Source: Diplonema japonicum (lineage: Eukaryota; Protista; Euglenozoa: Diplonemea). From it: a stretch of DNA of 64,000 nucleotides. The position numbers were made by a program, and so were the translations under genes. Location of the stretch: assembly GCA_964019335.1 (NCBI GenBank), contig OZ025677.1, positions 248,001-312,000 of the forward strand. The letters are read 5' to 3'. Below, one piece after another: positions 61,751 to 64,000 of the stretch (the first letter of the stretch is position 1; the number at the start of each line of letters is the position of its first letter). The notes under the pieces were generated by a model that saw only the letters and a list, made by a program, of their open reading frames with translations, did not search any database and was not told where the DNA came from.

Positions 61751-62301
61751 AAAATGCCATGCTTGGAAATGTTTTTCTCTGTTTCTCCCCCCCCCCCTTT
61801 TTTTCTCTTTTGATCTTTTCGAAACCTTTTATTATTTCTTTGTTCATTCCCCTTTCCCTACCTATAAGGTAGTACTCAAAAGAAAAAGAGTAAGTTTAGA
61901 TAATCAACAGAAATAGAAGGGGAAAAAAAAAGAAGAAGATATGCCAAAATAAAGAGCAACTACAGTAACACAGGTATCCCTTCAGGATCCAGAGGGGAGT
62001 AGAACTAAGTGAAACCACCACAAGTTGGTGTGCACTTAGCTCGCCTGATGTACCTATCCAGTCTTTTTTTCCTCTTCCCCCCCCCCCAATATATTTTTGT
62101 TTCTCCATCTTCCTTTGCTCTTTTTCTACCACCACCCCCATCTTTTTCTCTCTGTTTTTTTCTTTGCTTTCTTTCTTTTCCTTTTCCTTTCCCCCTTTTT
62201 TTTTATATCGATCTTCTTTTTCTTCCTCCTAAAGATATTAAATGCGCAACTCACAGAACTCATTTTCCTCCCGTCGTTTCATCGTCAAGAAAAGAACAGA
62301 A

Positions 62302-64000
62302 ATGAACGGCGCCAACTTGGCTAGCCTGCTCTTCGTTGTTCTTATTTGTGTCATTGCACATAATTCTTGGCAAAAGACTACAGTGCTCGTTGTAGACAGT
62401 GCCGAGTCAAGATTAAAAGAACTGCTACATACCTCTGCTCCTGCCTCCACCACTGCCCCCACTCCGACCCCCACAGCGGCCCCCACTCCGGCTCCCACAG
62501 CGGCTCCCACTCCGACCCCCACAGCGGCCCCCACTCCGACTCCCACAGCGGCCCCCACTCCGACTCCCACAGCGACCCCCACGACGGTCCCCACCCCTGC
62601 CCCCCCTACACGCCTTCAGAATTCAGTTCAGATTATACGACCAAAGGGGCCTTGGTATGTTCTGATTGCAAATAAAGGGAGGGGTTATTATTATTTAAAA
62701 AAAAAAGGTTCCTCGGGACATGCACCGGCACCAAGAGCAGCGGCGCCTGGATGCGCGAGTGGATCGAACTCCAAATTGCCGTCGGCGTGGACCACGTGTG
62801 GGTCGCAGATGATAACAAGCCCAACAGCACCGACATCACCACCAATGTTCTGAAGCACTACGTCCGCCTTGGCTACGTCACCATCATACCAGTTGCTGCG
62901 ACAGCCTACCCTGGGTGCGAACAGCTCTCCGGCCCTGATGGTAGACACAACTGTGCCCCTGTGAAGCACTGCTTCGCGCATGCCTCACCCCATGTGAAGT
63001 GGCTCCTCTTCGCCGACACCGACGAGTTCATCTTCCCCCACAACGGCTGCTCTCTGAAGGAGCACATCAAGAACCACTGCAACCCTGATGCCACACACAT
63101 CTATGTTAGGTGGGAGAGGTTCGGGACAAGCGGCTTTGAAGCCCACCCAGCTGGTCTGATGCTTGAGAACTTCCTCAGCTCAGGGGGGGTTTGCGAGAAG
63201 TTCTATGATGGATCCTGCGGGAAATGGCCTTTCACAAACTGCCCTGAGTGCAGGCACTCGAAGGTGATCTACAACACGGAGTGTGCGAAGGTGGAACATG
63301 CTGGGTGGATCCACTGGCCTGTGAACACCACCGACTGGAAGGCCCGTGGGATCAGAGAGTACACCAAGAGGAGGTGGGTGCACTCTGATGGTCCTGGTGC
63401 GCACTGGAAAAAAGGTGTTTGTAACTATACCGGGCTAAGAGAAGATAGCCGGCGGTGCAATGATTGGGCGATGAAAGGGGGCGGGTCGCAGAGGCCGAGG
63501 GAGTACACACCCGACTGCTGCACGGGGGGTATTGGGTACAACCATTACGGGACGCAGTCGAGGCAGTACTATGAGAGGAAGCAGATGAGTAGGAACACGA
63601 ACAAGAGGGGTTGGAGGACTGCTATTCATGGCATTGATCTGAACAACGTGTTGTCGTTCTCAATTCTAAAGTTCTTGAGGGCTGTGCGGAGGAGGTTCAT
63701 CGGGATGGGGGTGCAGGTGTCGGACAATGTGAAGTTCATGGAGCTGGGCGACGGGAAGTCGTGCTTCTTGGAGCAGAACTTCGTGTACAAAGCTACAGAC
63801 AAGACAACGACGGTGGCTGCGCCTAATGCAACTTCATCCTTTCAGTGCTGCTCTGCCTGCCACGAAGCTGAGATGTGCAAGGCCTTTACAGTATCTGATG
63901 GCTTGTGCACGCTCTTAATTGGTGCTGAGACCATCGTAAACACCGATTACAGAGATAACCCGTACCACCTAGCTGCCCAAAGAAAGTGGTCCATAAAGGA
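62302..64000 (+). CDS. GT-PAN paralog 16 (exon 62302-62654, intron 62655-62707, 3' end beyond window), mucin-like P/T/A stem
   Basis: Removing the 53-nt GTATG..AAAAG intron restores GPWFLG. 24-bp PTPTPTAA repeats at ~62450-62607. Confidence 0.85.

Noticed and set aside
4846-63629. Recurrent antisense and alternative-frame ORFs over each paralog (e.g. MLEAVLHRGTVV…, MCVASGLQWF…, …GSSGHAPAPRAAAPGCASGS…)
   Set aside because: They are shadows of the conserved GC-rich coding strand; starts and stops vary between copies and they carry no independent motifs.
4664-64000. Diversity-generating retroelement explanation for the variable cassettes
   Set aside because: No reverse transcriptase is present in the window, and differences are not adenine-specific template/variable-repeat pairs.

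Overview
Eukaryotic genomic DNA, probably from a euglenozoan protist such as a diplonemid. This is an inference from the single-strand gene cluster, the membrane adenylate cyclase architecture, pyrimidine tract+AG sites before start codons, and rare tiny GT-AG introns. The window opens with a multi-TM class III adenylate cyclase. It then carries a ~60-kb head-to-tail array of 16 paralogs: 14 apparently intact (the last cut by the window edge) and 2 pseudogenes. Each encodes a type II membrane protein with an N-terminal anchor, a hypervariable stem, a GT-A fold glycosyltransferase domain (GT92 / Glyco_tranf_2_4-like, DxD motif) and a C-terminal PAN/Apple domain. The paralogs are mosaics of near-invariant blocks and variable cassettes shared in different combinations. 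One tiny A-rich intron at the stem/catalytic boundary is present in 10 copies and precisely absent in 5, and no intron length is a multiple of 3. One copy has lost its DxD motif and another may have slid its splice donor. The homopolymer-rich spacers contain an intact piggyBac, a decayed piggyBac carrying an apparent captured host-gene fragment, a decayed Sola2-like element with related MITEs, a Crypton-like hairpin element, TA-flanked micro-MITEs and a dispersed ~300-bp repeat.
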